Origin: Eledone cirrhosa
Taxonomy: Eukaryota
Direction of reading: 5' to 3'
Length of the DNA: 64,000 nucleotides
Assembly (NCBI GenBank): GCA_964016885.1
Contig: OZ024741.1
Location: forward strand, 255,068,001-255,132,000
This document shows, piece after piece, positions 13,601 through 26,700 of the stretch. Numbering within the stretch: the stretch's first letter is position 1; each line of letters starts with the position of its first letter. The translations under genes and the position numbers were made by a program. The notes below the pieces were generated by a model. The model saw only the letters and a list, made by a program, of their open reading frames with translations, was not told where the DNA came from and searched no databases.

Positions 13601-16600
13601 TTGTTGTAGTTGTTGCTGTTTTCTGTGCCAGTGCCAGTGTTGTTGTTGTTGCTGTTTTCTCTGTCAGTGCCAGTGTTGTTGTAGTTTTTGCTGTTTTATC
13701 TGTCAGTGCCAGTGTTGTTGTAGTTGTTGCTGTTTTTTGTGTCAGTGCCAGTGTTGTTGTAGTTGTTGCTGTTTTCTCTGTCAGTGCCAGTGTTGTTGTT
13801 GTTGTTGCTGTTTTCTCTGTCAGTGCCAGTGTTGTAGTTGTTGCTGTTTTCTCTGTCAGTGCCAGTGTTGTTGTAGTTGTTGCTGTTTTCTGTGTCAGTG
13901 CCAGTGTTGTTGTTGTTGCTGTTTTCTGTGTCAGTGCCAGTGTTGTTGTTGTTGCTATTTTCACTGTCAGTGCCAGTGTTGTTGCTGTTGCTGTTTTCTC
14001 TGTCAGTGCCAGTGATGTTGTAGTTGTTGCTGTTTTCTGTGTTAGTGCCAGTGTTGTTGTAGTTGTTGCTGTTTTCTGTGTCAGTGCCAGTGTTGTTGCT
14101 GTTGCTGTTTTCTCTGTCAGTGCCAGTGTTGTTGTAGTTGTTGCTGCTTTCTCTTTCAGTGCCAGTGTTGTTGTAGTTGTTTCTGTTTTCTGTGTCAGTG
14201 CCAGTGTTGTTGTTGTTGCTGTTTTCTCTGTCAGTGCCAGTGTTGTTGTAGTTGTTGCTGTTTTCTGTGTCAGTGCCACTGTTGTTGTTGCTGTTTTCTG
14301 TGTCTGTGCCAGTGTTGTTGTTGTTGCTGTTTTCTCTGTCAGTGCCAGTGTTGTTGTTGCTGTTTTCTCTGTCAGTGCCAGTGTTGTTGTTGTTGCTGTT
14401 TTCTGTGTCAGTGCCAGTGTTGTTGTAGTTGTTGCTGTTTTCTGTGTCAGTGCCAGTGTTGTTGTAGTTGTTACTGTTTTCTCTGTCAGTGCCAGTGTTG
14501 TTGTAGTTGTTGCTGTTTTCTCTGTCAGTGCCATTGTTGTTGTAGTTGTTGCTGTTTTCTGTGTCAGTGTCAGTGTTTTTGTTGTTGCTGTTTTCTCTGT
14601 CAGTGCCAGTGTTGTTGTTGTTGCTGTTTTCTGTGTCAGTGCCAGTGTTGTTGTTGCTATTTTCACTGTCAGTGCCAGTGTTGTTGTAGTTGTTGCTGTT
14701 TTCTGTGTCAGTGCCAGTGTTTTTGTTGTTGCTGTTTTCTCTGTCAGTGCCAGTGTTGTTGTAGTTGTTGCTGTTTTCTCTGTCAGTGCCAGTGTTGTTG
14801 TAATTGTTGCTGTTTTCTGTGTCAGTGCCAGTGTTGTTGCTGTTGTTGCTGTTTTCTGTGTCAGTGCCAGTGTTGTTGTTGTTGGTGTTTTCTCTGTCAG
14901 TGCCAGTGTTGTTGTAGTTGTTGCTGTTTTCTGTGTCAGTGCCAGTGTTGTTGCTGTTGCTGTTTTCTCTGTCAGTGCCAGTGTTGTTGTAGTTGTTGCT
15001 GTTTTCTGTGTCAGTGCCAGTGTTGTTGTTGTTGCTGTTTTCTCTGTCAGTGCCAGTGTTGTTGTAGTTGTTGCTGTTTTCTGTGTCAGTGCCAGTGTTG
15101 TTGTAGTTGTTGCTGTTTTCTCTGTCAGTGCCAGTGTTGTTGTTGTTGTTGCTGTTTTCTCTGTCAGTGCCAGTGTTGTAGTTGTTGCTGTTTTCTCTGT
15201 CAGTGCCAGTGTTGTTGTAGTTGTTGCTGTTTTCTGTGTCAGTGCCAGTGTTGTTGCTGTTGTTGTTTTCTCTGTCAGTGCCAGTGTTGTTGTAGTTGTT
15301 GCTGCTTTCTCTGTCAGTGCCAGTGTTGTTGTAGTTGTTGCTGTTTTCTGTGTCAGTGCCAGTGTTGTTGTTGTTGCTGTTTTCTCTGTCAATGCCAGTG
15401 TTGTTGTAGTTGTTGCTGTTTTCTGTGTCAGTGCCAGTGTTGTTGTTGTTGCAGTTTTCTCTGTCAGTGCCAGTGTTGTTGTTGCTGTTTTCTCTGTCAG
15501 TGCCAGTGTTGTTGTTGTTGCTGTTTTCTGTGTCAGTGCCATTGTTATTGCGGTTGTTGCTGTTTTCTGTGTCAGTGCCAGTGTTGTTGTTGCTGTTGTT
15601 GCTGTTTTCTGTGTCAGTACCAGTGTTGTTGCTGTTGCTGTTTTCGCTGTCAGTGCCAGTGTTGTTGTAGTTGTTGCTGTTTTCTCTGTCAGTGCCAGTG
15701 TTGTAGTTGTTGCTGTTTTCTGTGTCAGTGCCAGTGTTGTTGTTGTTGCTATTTTCACTGTCAGTGCCAGTGTTGTTATTGTTGCTGTTTTCTGTGTCAG
15801 TGCCAGTGTTGTTGTTGTTGCTGTTTTCTGTGTCAGTGCCAGTGTTGTTGTTGTTGCTATTTTCACTGTCAGTGCCAGTGTTGTTGCTGTTGCTGTTTTC
15901 TCTGTCAGTGCCAGTGATGTTGTAGTTGTTGCTGTTTTCTGTGTTAGTGCCAGTGTTGTTGTAGTTGTTGCTGTTTTCTGTGTCAGTGCCAGTGTTGTTG
16001 CTGTTGCTGTTTTCTCTGTCAGTGCCAGTGTTGTTGTAGTTGTTGCTGCTTTCTCTGTCAGTGCCAGTGTTGTTGTAGTTGTTTCTGTTTTCTGTGTCAG
16101 TGCCAGTGTTGTTGTTGTTGCTGTTTTCTCTGTCAGTGCCAGTGTTGTTGTAGTTGTTGCTGTTTTCTGTGTCAGTGCCACTGTTGTTGTTGCTGTTTTC
16201 TGTGTCTGTGCCAGTGTTGTTGTTGTTGCTGTTTTCTCTGTCAGTGCCAGTGTTGTTGTTGCTGTTTTCTCTGTCAGTGCCAGTGTTGTTGTTGTTGCTG
16301 TTTTCTGTGTCAGTGCCAGTGTTGTAGTTGTTGCTGTTTTCTGTGTCAGTGCCAGTGTTGTTGTAGTTGTTGCTGTTTTCTGTGTCAGTGCCAGTGTTTT
16401 TGTTGTTGCTGTTTTCTCTGTCAGTGCCAGTGTTGTTGTAGTTGTTGCTGTTTTCTCTGTCAGTGCCAGTGTTGTTGTAATTGTTGCTGTTTTCTGTGTC
16501 AGTGCCAGTGTTGTAGCTGTTGTTGCTGTTTTCTGTGTCAGTGCCAGTGTTGTTGTTGTTGCTGTTTTCTGTGTCAGTGCCAGTGTTGTTGTTGCTATTT

Positions 16601-19600
16601 TCACTGTCAGTGCCAGTGTTGTTGTAGTTGTTGCTGTTTTCTGTGTCAGTGCCAGTGTTGTTGTTGTTGCTGTTTTCTCTGTCAGTGCCAGTGTTGTTGT
16701 AGCTGTTGCTGTTTTCTGTGTCAGTGCCAGTGTTGTTATAGTTGTTGCTGTTTACTGTGTCAGTGCCAGTGTTGTTGTAGTTGTTGCTGTTTTCTCTGTC
16801 AGTGCCAGTGTTGTTGTAGTTGTTGCTGTTTTCTCTGTCAGTGCCAGTGTTGTTGTAGTTGTTGCTGTTTTCTGTGTCAGTGCCAGTGTTGTTGTTGTTG
16901 CTGTTTTCTCTGTCAGTGCCAGTGTTGTTGTAGTTGTTGCTGTTTTCTCTGTCAGTGCCAGTGTTGTTGTAGTTGTTGCTGTTTTTTGTGTCAGTGCCAG
17001 TGTTGTTGTAGTTGTTGCTGTTTTCTCTGTCAGTGCCAGTGTTGTTGTTGTTGTTGCTGTTTTCTCTGTCAGTGCCAGTGTTGTAGTTGTTGCTGTTTTC
17101 TCTGTCAGTGCCAGTGTTGTTGTAGTTGTTGCTGTTTTCTGTGTCAGTGCCAGTGTTGTTGTTGTTGCTGTTTTCTCTGTCAGTGCCAGTGTTGTTGTTG
17201 TTGTTATTTTCACTGTCAGTGCCAGTGTTGTTGCTGTTGCTGTTTTCTCTGTCAGTGCCAGTGATGTTGTAGTTCTTGGTGTTTTCTGTGTTAGTGCCAG
17301 TGTTGTTGTAGTTGTTGCTGTTTTCTGTGTCAGTGCCAGTGTTGTTGCTGTTGCTGTTTTCTCTGTCAGTGCCAGTGTTGTTGTAGTTGTTGCTGCTTTC
17401 TCTGTCAGTGCCAGTGTTGTTGTAGTTGTTGCTGTTTTCTGTGTCAGTGCCAGTGTTGTTGTTGTTGTTGTTTTCTCTGTCAGTGCAAGTGTTGTTGTAG
17501 TTGTTGCTGTTTTCTGTGTCAGTGCCACTGTTGTTGTTGCTGTTTTCTCTGTCAGTGCTAGTGTTGTTGTAGTTTTTGCTGTTTTCTGTGTCAGTGCCAG
17601 TGTTGTTGTGGCTGTTTTCTGTGTCAGTGCCAGTGTTGTTGTTGTTGCTGTTTTCTCTGTCAGTGCCAGTGTTGTTGCTGTTGCTATTTTCTCTGTCAGT
17701 GCCAGTGTTGTTGTTGTTGCTGTTTTCTGTGTCAGTGCCAGTGTTGTTGTTGTTGCTGTTTTCTTTGTCAGTGCCAGTGTTGTTGTTGTTACTGTTGCTA
17801 TTTTCTGTGTCAGTTCCAGTGTTGCTGTTGCTGTTTTCTGTGCCAGTGCCAGTGTTATTGTTGCTGTTGTTGCTGTTTTCTGTGTCAGTGCCACGGTTGT
17901 TGTTGCTATTGTTGCTGGTTTCTGTGTCAGTGCCAGTGTTGTTGTTGCTGTTTTCTGTGTCAGTGCCAGTGTTGTTGTTGCTGTTGTTGCTGTTTTCCGT
18001 GCCAGTGTTGATGTAGTTGTTGCTGTTTTCTGTGTCAGTGCCGGTGTTGTTGTTGTTGCTGTTTTCTCTGTCAGTGCCAGTGTTGTTGTTGTTGCTGTTT
18101 TCTCTGTCAGTGCCAGTGTTGTTGTTGTTGCTGTTTTCTGTGTCAGTGCCAGTGTTGTTGTAGTAGTTGCTGTTTTCTGTGTCAGTGCCAGTGTTGTTGT
18201 AGTTGTTGCTGTTTTCTCTGTCAGTGCCAGTGTTGTTGTAGTTGTTGCTGTTTTCTCTGTCAGTGCCAGTGTTGTTGTAGTTGTTGCTGTTTTTCTGTGT
18301 CAATGCCAGTGTTGTTGTTGTTGCTGTTTTCTCTGTCAGTGCCAGTGTTGTAGTTGTTGCTGTTTTCTCTGTCAGTGCCAGTGTTGTTGTAGTTGTTGCT
18401 GTTTTCTGTGTCAGTGCCAGTGTTGTTGCTGTTGTTGCTGTTTTCTGTGTCAGTGCCGGTGTTGTTGTTGTTGCTGTTTTCTCTGTCAGTGCCAGTGTTG
18501 TTGTTGTTGCTGTTTTCTCTGTCAGTGCCAGTGTTTTTGTTGTTGCTGTTTTCTGTGTCAGTGCCAGTGTTGTTCTAGTTGTTGCTGTTTTCTGTGTCAG
18601 TGCCAGTGTTGTTGTAGTTGTTGCTGTTTTCTCTGTCAGTGCCAGTGTTGTTGTAGTTGTTGCTGTTTTCTCTGTCAGTGCCAGTGTTGTTGTAGTTGTT
18701 GCTGTTTTCTGTGTCAGTGCCAGTGTTGTTGTTGTTGCTGTTTTCTCTGTCAGTGCCAGTGTTGTTGTAGTTATTGCTGTTTTCTGTGTCAGTGCCACTG
18801 TTGTTGTTGCTGTTTTCTGTGTCAGTGCCAGTGTTGTTGTTGTTGCTGTTTTCTCTGTCAGTGCCAGTGTTGTTGTTGCTGTTTTCTCTGTCAGTGCCAG
18901 TGTTGTTGTTGCTGTTTTCTGTGTCAGTGCCATTGTTATTGCTGTTGTTGCTGTTTTCTCTGTCAGTGCCAGTGTTGTTGTAGTTGTTGCTGTTTTCTCT
19001 GTCAGTGCCAGTGTTGTTGTTGCTGTTTTCTGTGTCAGTGCCATTGTTATTGCTGTTGTTGCTGTTTTCTCTGTCAGTGCCAGTGTTGTTGTAGTTGTTG
19101 CTGTTTTCTCTGTCAGTGCCAGTGTTGTTGTAATTGTTGCTGTTTTCTGTGTCAGTGCCACTGTTGTTGCTGTTGTTGCTGTTTTCTGTGTCAGTGCCAG
19201 TGTTATTGCTGTTGTTGCTGTTTTCTGTGTCAGTGCCAGTGTTGTTGTTGTTGCTGTTTTCTGTGTCAGTGCCAGTGTTGTTGTTGCTATTTTCACTGTC
19301 AGTGCCAGTGTTGTTGTAGTTGTTGCTGTTTTCTGTGTCAGTGCCAGTGTTGTTGTTGTTGCTGTTTTCTCTGTCAGTGCCAGTGTTGTTGTAGTTGTTG
19401 CTGTTTTCTGTGTCAGTGCCAGTGTTGTTGTTGTTGCTGTTTTCTGTGTCAGTGCCAGTGTTGTTGTTGTTGCTATTTTCACTGTCAGTGCCAGTGTTGT
19501 TGCTGTTGCTGTTTTCTCTGTCAGTGCCAGTGATGTTGTAGTTGTTGCTGTTTTCTGTGTTAGTGCCAGTGTTGTTGTAGTTGTTGCTGTTTTCTGTGTC

Positions 19601-22600
19601 AGTGCCAGTGTTGTTGCTGTTGCTGTTTTCTCTGTCAGTGCCAGTGTTGTTGTAGTTGTTGATGCTTTCTCTGTCAGTGCCAGTGTTGTTGTAGTTGTTT
19701 CTGTTTTCTGTGTCAGTGCCAGTGTTGTTGTTGTTGCTGTTTTCTCTGTCAGTGCCAGTGTTGTTGTAGTTGTTGCTGTTTTCTGTGTCAGTGCCACTGT
19801 TGTTGTTGCTGTTTTCTGTGTCTGTGCCAGTGTTGTTGTTGTTGCTGTTTTCTCTGTCAGTGCCAGTGTTGTTGTTGCTGTTTTCTCTGTCAGTGCCAGT
19901 GTTGTTGTTGTTGCTGTTTTCTGTGTCAGTGCCAGTGTTGTTGTAGTTGTTGCTGTTTTCTGTGTCAGTGCCAGTGTTGTTGTAGTTGTTACTGTTTTCT
20001 CTGTCAGTGCCAGTGTTGTTGTAGTTGTTGCTGTTTTCTCTGTCAGTGCCATTGTTGTTGTAGTTGTTGCTGTTTTCTGTGTCAGTGTCAGTGTTTTTGT
20101 TGTTGCTGTTTTCTCTGTCAGTGCCAGTGTTGTTGTTGTTGCTGTTTTCTGTGTCAGTGCCAGTGTTGTTATTGCTATTTTCACTGTCAGTGCCAGTGTT
20201 GTTGTAGTTGTTGCTGTTTTCTGTGTCAGTGCCAGTGTTGTTGTTGTTGCTGTTTTCTCTGTCAGTGCCAGTGTTGTTGTAGTTGTTGCTGTTTACTGTG
20301 TCAGTGCCATTGTTGTTGTAGTTGTTGCTGTTTTCTCTGTTAGTGCCAGTGTTGTTGTAGTTGTTGCTGTTTTCTCTGTCAGTGCCAGTGTTGTTGTAGT
20401 TGTTGCTGTTTTCTCTGTCAGTGCCAGTGTTGTTGTAGTTGTTGCTGTTTTTTGTGTCAGTGCCAGTGTTGTTGTAGTTGTTGCTGTTTTCTCTGTCAGT
20501 GCCAGTGTTGTTGTTGTTGTTGCTGTTTTCTCTGTCAGTGCCAGTGTTGTAGTTGTTGCTGTTTTCTCTGTCAGTGCCAGTGTTGTTGTAGTTGTTGCTG
20601 TTTTCTGTGTCAGTGCAAGTGTTGTTGTTGTTGCTGTTTTCTGTGTCAGTGCCAGTGTTGTTGTTGTTGCTATTTTCACTGTCAGTGCCAGTGTTGTTGC
20701 TGTTGCTGTTTTCTCTGTCAGTGCCAGTGATGTTGTAGTTGTTGCTGTTTTCTGTGTTAGTGCCAGTGTTGTTGTAGTTGTTGCTGTTTTCTGTGTCAGT
20801 GCCAGTGATGTTGCTGTTGCTGTTTTCTCTGTCAGTGCCAGTGTTGTTGTAGTTGTTGCTGCTTTCTCTGTCAGTGCCAGTGTTGTTGTAGTTGTTGCTG
20901 TTTTCTGTGTCAGTGCCAGTGTTGTTGTTGTTGCTGTTTTCTCTGTCAGTGCCAGTGTTGTTGTAGTTGTTGCTGTTTTCTGTGTCAGTGCCACTGTTGT
21001 TGTTGCTGTTTTCTCTGTCAGTGCCAGTGTTGTTGTAGTTTTTGCTGTTTTCTGTGTCAGTGCCAGTGTTGTTGTTGCTGTTTTCTGTGTCAGTGCCAGT
21101 GTTGTTGTTGTTGCTGTTTTCTCTGTCAGTGCCAGTGTTGTTGCTGTTGCTATTTTCACTGTTAGTGCCAGTGTTGTTGTTGTTGCTGTTTTCTGTGTCA
21201 GTGCCAGTGTTGTTGTTGTTGCTGTTTTCTTTGTCAGTGCCAGTGTTGTTGTTGTTACTGTTGCTGTTTTCTGTGTCAGTTCCAGTGTTGCTGTTGCTGT
21301 TTTCTGTGCCAGTGCCAGTGTTATTGTTGCTGTTGTTGCTGTTTTCTGTGTCAGTGCCACGGTTGTTGTTGCTGTTGTTGCTGTTTTCTGTGTCAGTGCC
21401 AGTGTTGTTGTTGGTGTTTTCTGTGTCAGTGCCAGTGTTGTTGTTGCTGTTTTCTGTGCCAGTGTTGTTGTAGTTGTTGCTGTTTTCTGTGTCAGTGCCG
21501 GTGTTGTTGTTGTTGCTGTTTTCTCTGTCAGCGCCAGTGTTGTTGTTGTTGCTGTTTTCTCTGTCAGTGCCAGTGTTGTTGTTGTTGCTGTTTTCTGTGT
21601 CAGTGCCAGTGTTGTTGTAGTTGTTGCTGTTTTCTGTGTCAGTGCCAGTGTTGTTGTAGTTGTTGCTGTTTTCTGTGTCAGTGCCAGTGTTGTTGTAGTT
21701 GTTGCTGTTTTCTCTGTCAGTGCCAGTGTTGTTGTAGTTGTTGCTGTTTTCTCTGTCAGTGCCAGTGTTGTTGTAGTTGTTGATGTTTTCTGTGTCAATG
21801 CCAGTGTTGTTGTTGTTGCTGTTTTCTCTGTCAGTGCCAGTGTTGTAGTTGTTGCTGTTTTCTCTGTCAGTGCCAGTGTTGTTGTAGTTGTTGCTGTTTT
21901 CTGTGTCAGTGCCAGTGTTGTTGCTGTTGTTGCTGTTTTCTGTGTCAGTGCCAGTGTTGTTGTTGTTGCTGTTTTCTCTGTCAGTGCCAGTGTTGTTGTA
22001 GTTATTGCTGTTTTCTGTGTCAGTGCCACTGTTGTTGTTGCTGTTTTCTGTGTCGGTGACAGTGTTGTTGTTGTTGCTGTTTTCTCTGTCAGTGCCAGTG
22101 TTGTTGTTGCTGTTATCTCTGTCAGTGCCAGTGTTGTTGTTGCTGTTTTCTGTGTCAGTGCCATTGTTATTGATGTTGTTGCTGTTTTCTCTGTCAGTGC
22201 CAGTGTTGTTGTTGCTGTTGTTGCTGTTGCTGTTTTCTCTGTCAGTGCCAGTGTTGTTGTAGTTGTTGCTGTTTTCTCTGTCAGTGCCAGTGTTGTAGTT
22301 GTTGCTGTTTTCTGTGTCAGTGCCAGTGTTGTTGCTGTTGCTGTTTTCTCTGTCAGTGCCAGTGTTGTTGTAGTTGTTGTTGCTGTTTTCTCTGTCAGTG
22401 CCAGTGTTGTTGTAGTTGTTGCTGTTTTCTGTGTCAGTGCCGGTGTTGTTGTTGTTCCTGTTTTCTCTGTCAATGCCAGTGTTGTTGTTGTTGCTGTTTT
22501 CTCTGTCAGTGCCAGTGTTGTTGTTGTTGCTGTTTTCTGTGTCAGTGCCAGTGTTGTTGTTGTTGCTGTTTTCTGTGTCAGTGCCAGTGTTGTTGTAGTT

Positions 22601-25600
22601 GTTGCTGTTTTCTGTGCCAGTGCCAGTGTTGTTGTAGTTGTTGCTGTTTTCTGTGTCAGTGCCAGTGTTGTTGTAGTTGTTGCTGTTTTCTCTGTGAGTG
22701 CCAGTGTTGTTGTAGTTGTTGCTGTTTTCTCTGTCAGTGCCAGTGTTGTTGTAGTTGTTGCTGTTTTCTGTGTCAGTGCCAGTGTTGTTGTTGTTGCTGT
22801 TTTCTCTGTCAGTGCCAGTGTTGTTGTTGCTGTTTTCTGTGCCAGTGTTGTTGTAGTTGTTGCTGTTTTCTGTGTCAGTGCCGGTGTTGTTGTTGTTGCT
22901 GTTTTCTCTGTCAGCGCCAGTGTTGTTGTTGTTGCTGTTTTCTCTGTCAGTGCCAGTGTTGTTGTTGTTGCTGTTTTCTGTGTCAGTGCCAGTGTTGTTG
23001 TTGTTGTTGCTGTTTTCTGTGTCAGTGCCAGTGTTGTTGTAGTTGTTGCTGTTTTCTCTGTCAGTGCCAGTGTTGTTGTAGTTGTTGCTGTTTTCTCTGT
23101 CAGTGCCAGTGTTGTTGTAGTTGTTGCTGTTTTCTCTGTCAGTGCCAGTGTTGTTGTAGTTGTTGATGTTTTCTGTGTCAATGCCAGTGTTGTTGTTGTT
23201 GCTGTTTTCTCTGTCAGTGCCAGTGTTGTAGTTGTTGCTGTTTTCTCTGTCAGTGCCAGTGTTGTTGTAGTTGTTGCTGTTTTCTGTGTCAGTGCCAGTG
23301 TTGTTGCTGTTGTTGCTGTTTTCTGTGTCAGTGCCAGTGTTGTTGTTGTTGCTGTTTTCTCTGTCAGTGCCAGTGTTTTTGTTGTTGCTGTTTTCTGTGT
23401 CAGTGCCAGTGTTGTTATAGTTGTTGCTGTTTTCTCTGTCAGTGTCAGTGTTGTTGTAGTTGTTGCTGTTTTCTCTGTCAGTGCCAGTGTTTTTGTAGTT
23501 GTTGCTGTTTTCTGTGTCAGTGCCAGTGTTGTTGTTGTTGCTGTTTTCTCTGTCAGTGCCAGTGTTGTTGTTGCTGTTTTCTCTGTCAGTGCCAATGTTG
23601 TTGTAGTTATTGCTGTTTTCTGTGTCAGTGCCACTGTTGTTGTTGCTGTTTTCTGTGTCGGTGCCAGTGTTGTTGTTGTTGCTGTTTTCTCTGTCAGTGC
23701 CAGTGTTGTTGTTGCTGTTTTCTCTGTCAGTGCCAATGTTGTTGTAGTTGTTGCTGTTTTCTGTGTCAGTGCCAGTGTTGTTGTTGTTGCTGTTTTCTCT
23801 GTCAGTGCCAGTGATGTTGTAGTTGTTGCTGTTTTCTCTGTCAGTGCCAGTGTTGTTGTAGTTGTTGCTGTTTTCTCTGTCAGTGCCAGTGTTGTTGTAG
23901 TTGTTGCTGTTTTCTGTGTCAGTGCCAGTGTTGTTGTTGTTGCTGTTTTCTCTGTCAGTGCCAGTGTTGTTGTAGTTGTTGCTGTTTTCTCTGTCAGTGC
24001 CAGTGTTGTTGTAGTTGTTGCTGTTTTTTGTGTCAGTGCCAGTGTTGTTGTAGTTGTTGCTGTTTTTTGTGTCAGTGCCAGTGTTGTTGTAGTTGTTGCT
24101 GTTTTCTCTGTCAGTGCCAGTGTTGTTGTTGTTGTTGCTGTTTTCTCTGTCAGTGCCAGTGTTGTAGTTGTTGCTGTTTTCTCTGTCAGTGCCAGTGTTG
24201 TTGTAGTTGTTGCTGTTTTCTGTGTCAGTGCCAGTGTTGTTGTTGTTGCTGTTTTCTCTGTCAGTGCCAGTGTTGTTGTTGTTGTTATTTTCACTGTCAG
24301 TGCCAGTGTTGTTGCTGTTGCTGTTTTCTCTGTCAGTGCCAGTGATGTTGTAGTTGTTGGTGTTTTCTGTGTTAGTGCCAGTGTTGTTGTAGTTGTTGCT
24401 GTTTTCTGTGTCAGTGCCAGTGTTGTTGCTGTTGCTGTTTTCTCTGTCAGTGCCAGTGTTGTTGTAGTTGTTGCTGCTTTCTCTGTCAGTGCCAGTGTTG
24501 TTGTAGTTGTTGTTGTTTTCTGTGTCAGTGCCAGTGTTGTTGTTGTTGCTGTTTTCTCTGTCAGTGCCAGTGTTGTTGTAGTTGTTGCTGTTTTCTGTGT
24601 CAGTGCCACTGTTGTTGTTGCTGTTTTCTCTGTCAGTGCTAGTGTTGTTGTAGTTTTTGCTGTTTTCTGTGTCAGTGCCAGTGTTGTTGTGGCTGTTTTC
24701 TGTGTCAGTGCCAGTGTTGTTGTTGTTGCTGTTTTCTCTGTCAGTGCCAGTGTTGTTGCTGTTGCTATTTTCTCTGTCAGTGCCAGTGTTGTTGTTGTTG
24801 CTGTTTTCTGTGTCAGTGCCAGTGTTGTTGTTGTTGCTGTTTTCTTTGTCAGTGCCAGTGTTGTTGTTGTTACTGTTGCTATTTTCTGTGTCAGTTCCAG
24901 TGTTGCTGTTGCTGTTTTCTGTGCCAGTGCCAGTGTTATTGTTGCTGTTGTGCTGTTTTCTGTGTCAGTGCCACGGTTGTTGTTGCTGTTGTTGCTGTTT
25001 TCTGTGTCAGTGCCAGTGTTGTTGTTGCTGTTTTCTGTGTCAGTGCCAGTGTTGTTGTTGCTGTTGTTGCTGTTTTCCGTGCCAGTGTTGATGTAGTTGT
25101 TGCTGTTTTCTGTGTCAGTGCCGGTGTTGTTGTTGTTGCTGTTTTCTCTGTCAGTGCCAGTGTTGTTGTTGTTGCTGTTTTCTCTGTCAGTGCCAGTGTT
25201 GTTGTTGTTGCTGTTTTCTGTGTCAGTGCCAGTGTTGTTGTAGTAGTTGCTGTTTTCTGTGTCAGTGCCAGTGTTGTTGTAGTTGTTGCTGTTTTCTGTG
25301 TCAGTGCCAGTGTTGTTGTAGTTGTTGCTGTTTTCTCTGTCAGTGCCAGTGTTGTTGTAGTTGTTGCTGTTTTCTCTGTCAGTGCCAGTGTTGTTGTAGT
25401 TGTTGCTGTTTTCTGTGTCAATGCCAGTGTTGTTGTTGTTGCTGTTTTCTCTGTCAGTGCCAGTGTTGTAGTTGTTGCTGTTTTCTCTGTCAGTGCCAGT
25501 GTTGTTGTAGTTGTTGCTGTTTTCTGTGTCAGTGCCAGTGTTGTTGCTATTGTTGCTGTTTTCTGTGTCAGTGCCGGTGTTGTTGTTGTTGCTGTTTTCT

Positions 25601-26700
25601 CTGTCAGTGTCAGTGTTGTTGTTGTTGCTGTTTTCTCTGTCAGTGTCAGTGTTTTTGTTGTTGCTGTTTTCTGTGTCAGTGCCAGTGTTGTTCTAGTTGT
25701 TGCTGTTTTCTGTGTCAGTGCCAGTGTTGTTGTAGTTGTTGCTGTTTTCTCTGTCAGTGCCAGTGTTGTTGTAGTTGTTGCTGTTTTCTCTGTCAGTGCC
25801 AGTGTTGTTGTAGTTGTTGCTGTTTTCTGTGTCAGTGCCAGTGTTGTTGTTGTTGCTGTTTTCTCTGTCAGTGCCAGTGTTGTTGTAGTTATTGCTGTTT
25901 TCTGTGTCAGTGCCACTGTTGTTGCTGTTTTCTGTGTCAGTGCCAGTGTTGTTGTTGTTGCTGTTTTCTCTGTCAGTGCCAGTGTTGTTGTTGCTGTTTT
26001 CTGTGTCAGTGCCATTGTTATTGCTGTTGTTGCTGTTTTCTCTGTCAGTGCCAGTGTTGTTGTAGTTGTTGCTGTTTTCTCTGTCAGTGCCAGTGTTGTT
26101 GTTGCTGTTTTCTGTGTCAGTGCCATTGTTATTGCTGTTGTTGCTGTTTTCTCTGTCAGTGTCAGTGTTGTTGTAGTTGTTGCTGTTTTCTCTGTCAGTG
26201 CCAGTGTTGTTGTAATTGTTGCTGTTTTCTGTGTCAGTGCCACTGTTGTTGCTGTTGTTGCTGTTTTCTGTGTCAGTGCCAGTGTTATTGCTGTTGTTGC
26301 TGTTTTCTGTGTCAGTGCCAGTGTTGTTGTTGTTGCTGTTTTCTGTGTCAGTGCCAGTGTTGTTGTTGCTATTTTCACTGTCAGTGCCAGTGTTGTTGTA
26401 GTTGTTGCTGTTTTCTGTGTCAGTGCCAGTGTTGTTGTTGTTGCTGTTTTCTCTGTCAGTGCCAGTGTTGTTGTAGCTGTTGCTGTTTTCTGTGTCAGTG
26501 CCAGTGTTGTTGTAGTTGTTGCTGTTTTCTCTGTCAGTGCCAGTGTTGTTGTAGTTGTTGCTGTTTTCTCTGTCAGTGCCAGTGTTGTTGTAGTTGTTGC
26601 TGTTTTCTCTGTCAGTGCCAGCGTTGTTGTAGTTGTTGCTGTTTTCTGTGTCAGTGCCAGTGTTGTTGTTGTTGCTGTTTTCTCTGTCAGTGCCAGTGTT
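7640..26700. repeat. Multi-kb block present three times at about 7.08 kb spacing (~7640-12340, ~14680-19380, partial ~23830-26700; approximate)
   Basis: Marker TTTTCCGTGCCAGTGTTGATGTAG at ~10919, ~17997 and ~25077 (offsets 7078, 7080). Matching ORF-track entries start at 10498, 17576 and 24657. Confidence 0.85.
12180..14130. repeat. Nested local tandem duplications of 339 bp and 759 bp
   Basis: Variant AGTCCCAGT at ~12379, ~12718 and ~13477. Variant GTTTTATCT at ~12937 and ~13696 (offset 759). Confidence 0.8.

Noticed and set aside
13696-18290. Asn-rich minus frame (NNYNNTGTDRENS) resembling Plasmodium or Dictyostelium low-complexity proteins
   Set aside because: It is entered only through a frameshift. 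Most common variants are non-synonymous in it, and it has its own stops (from CTA/TTA variants).
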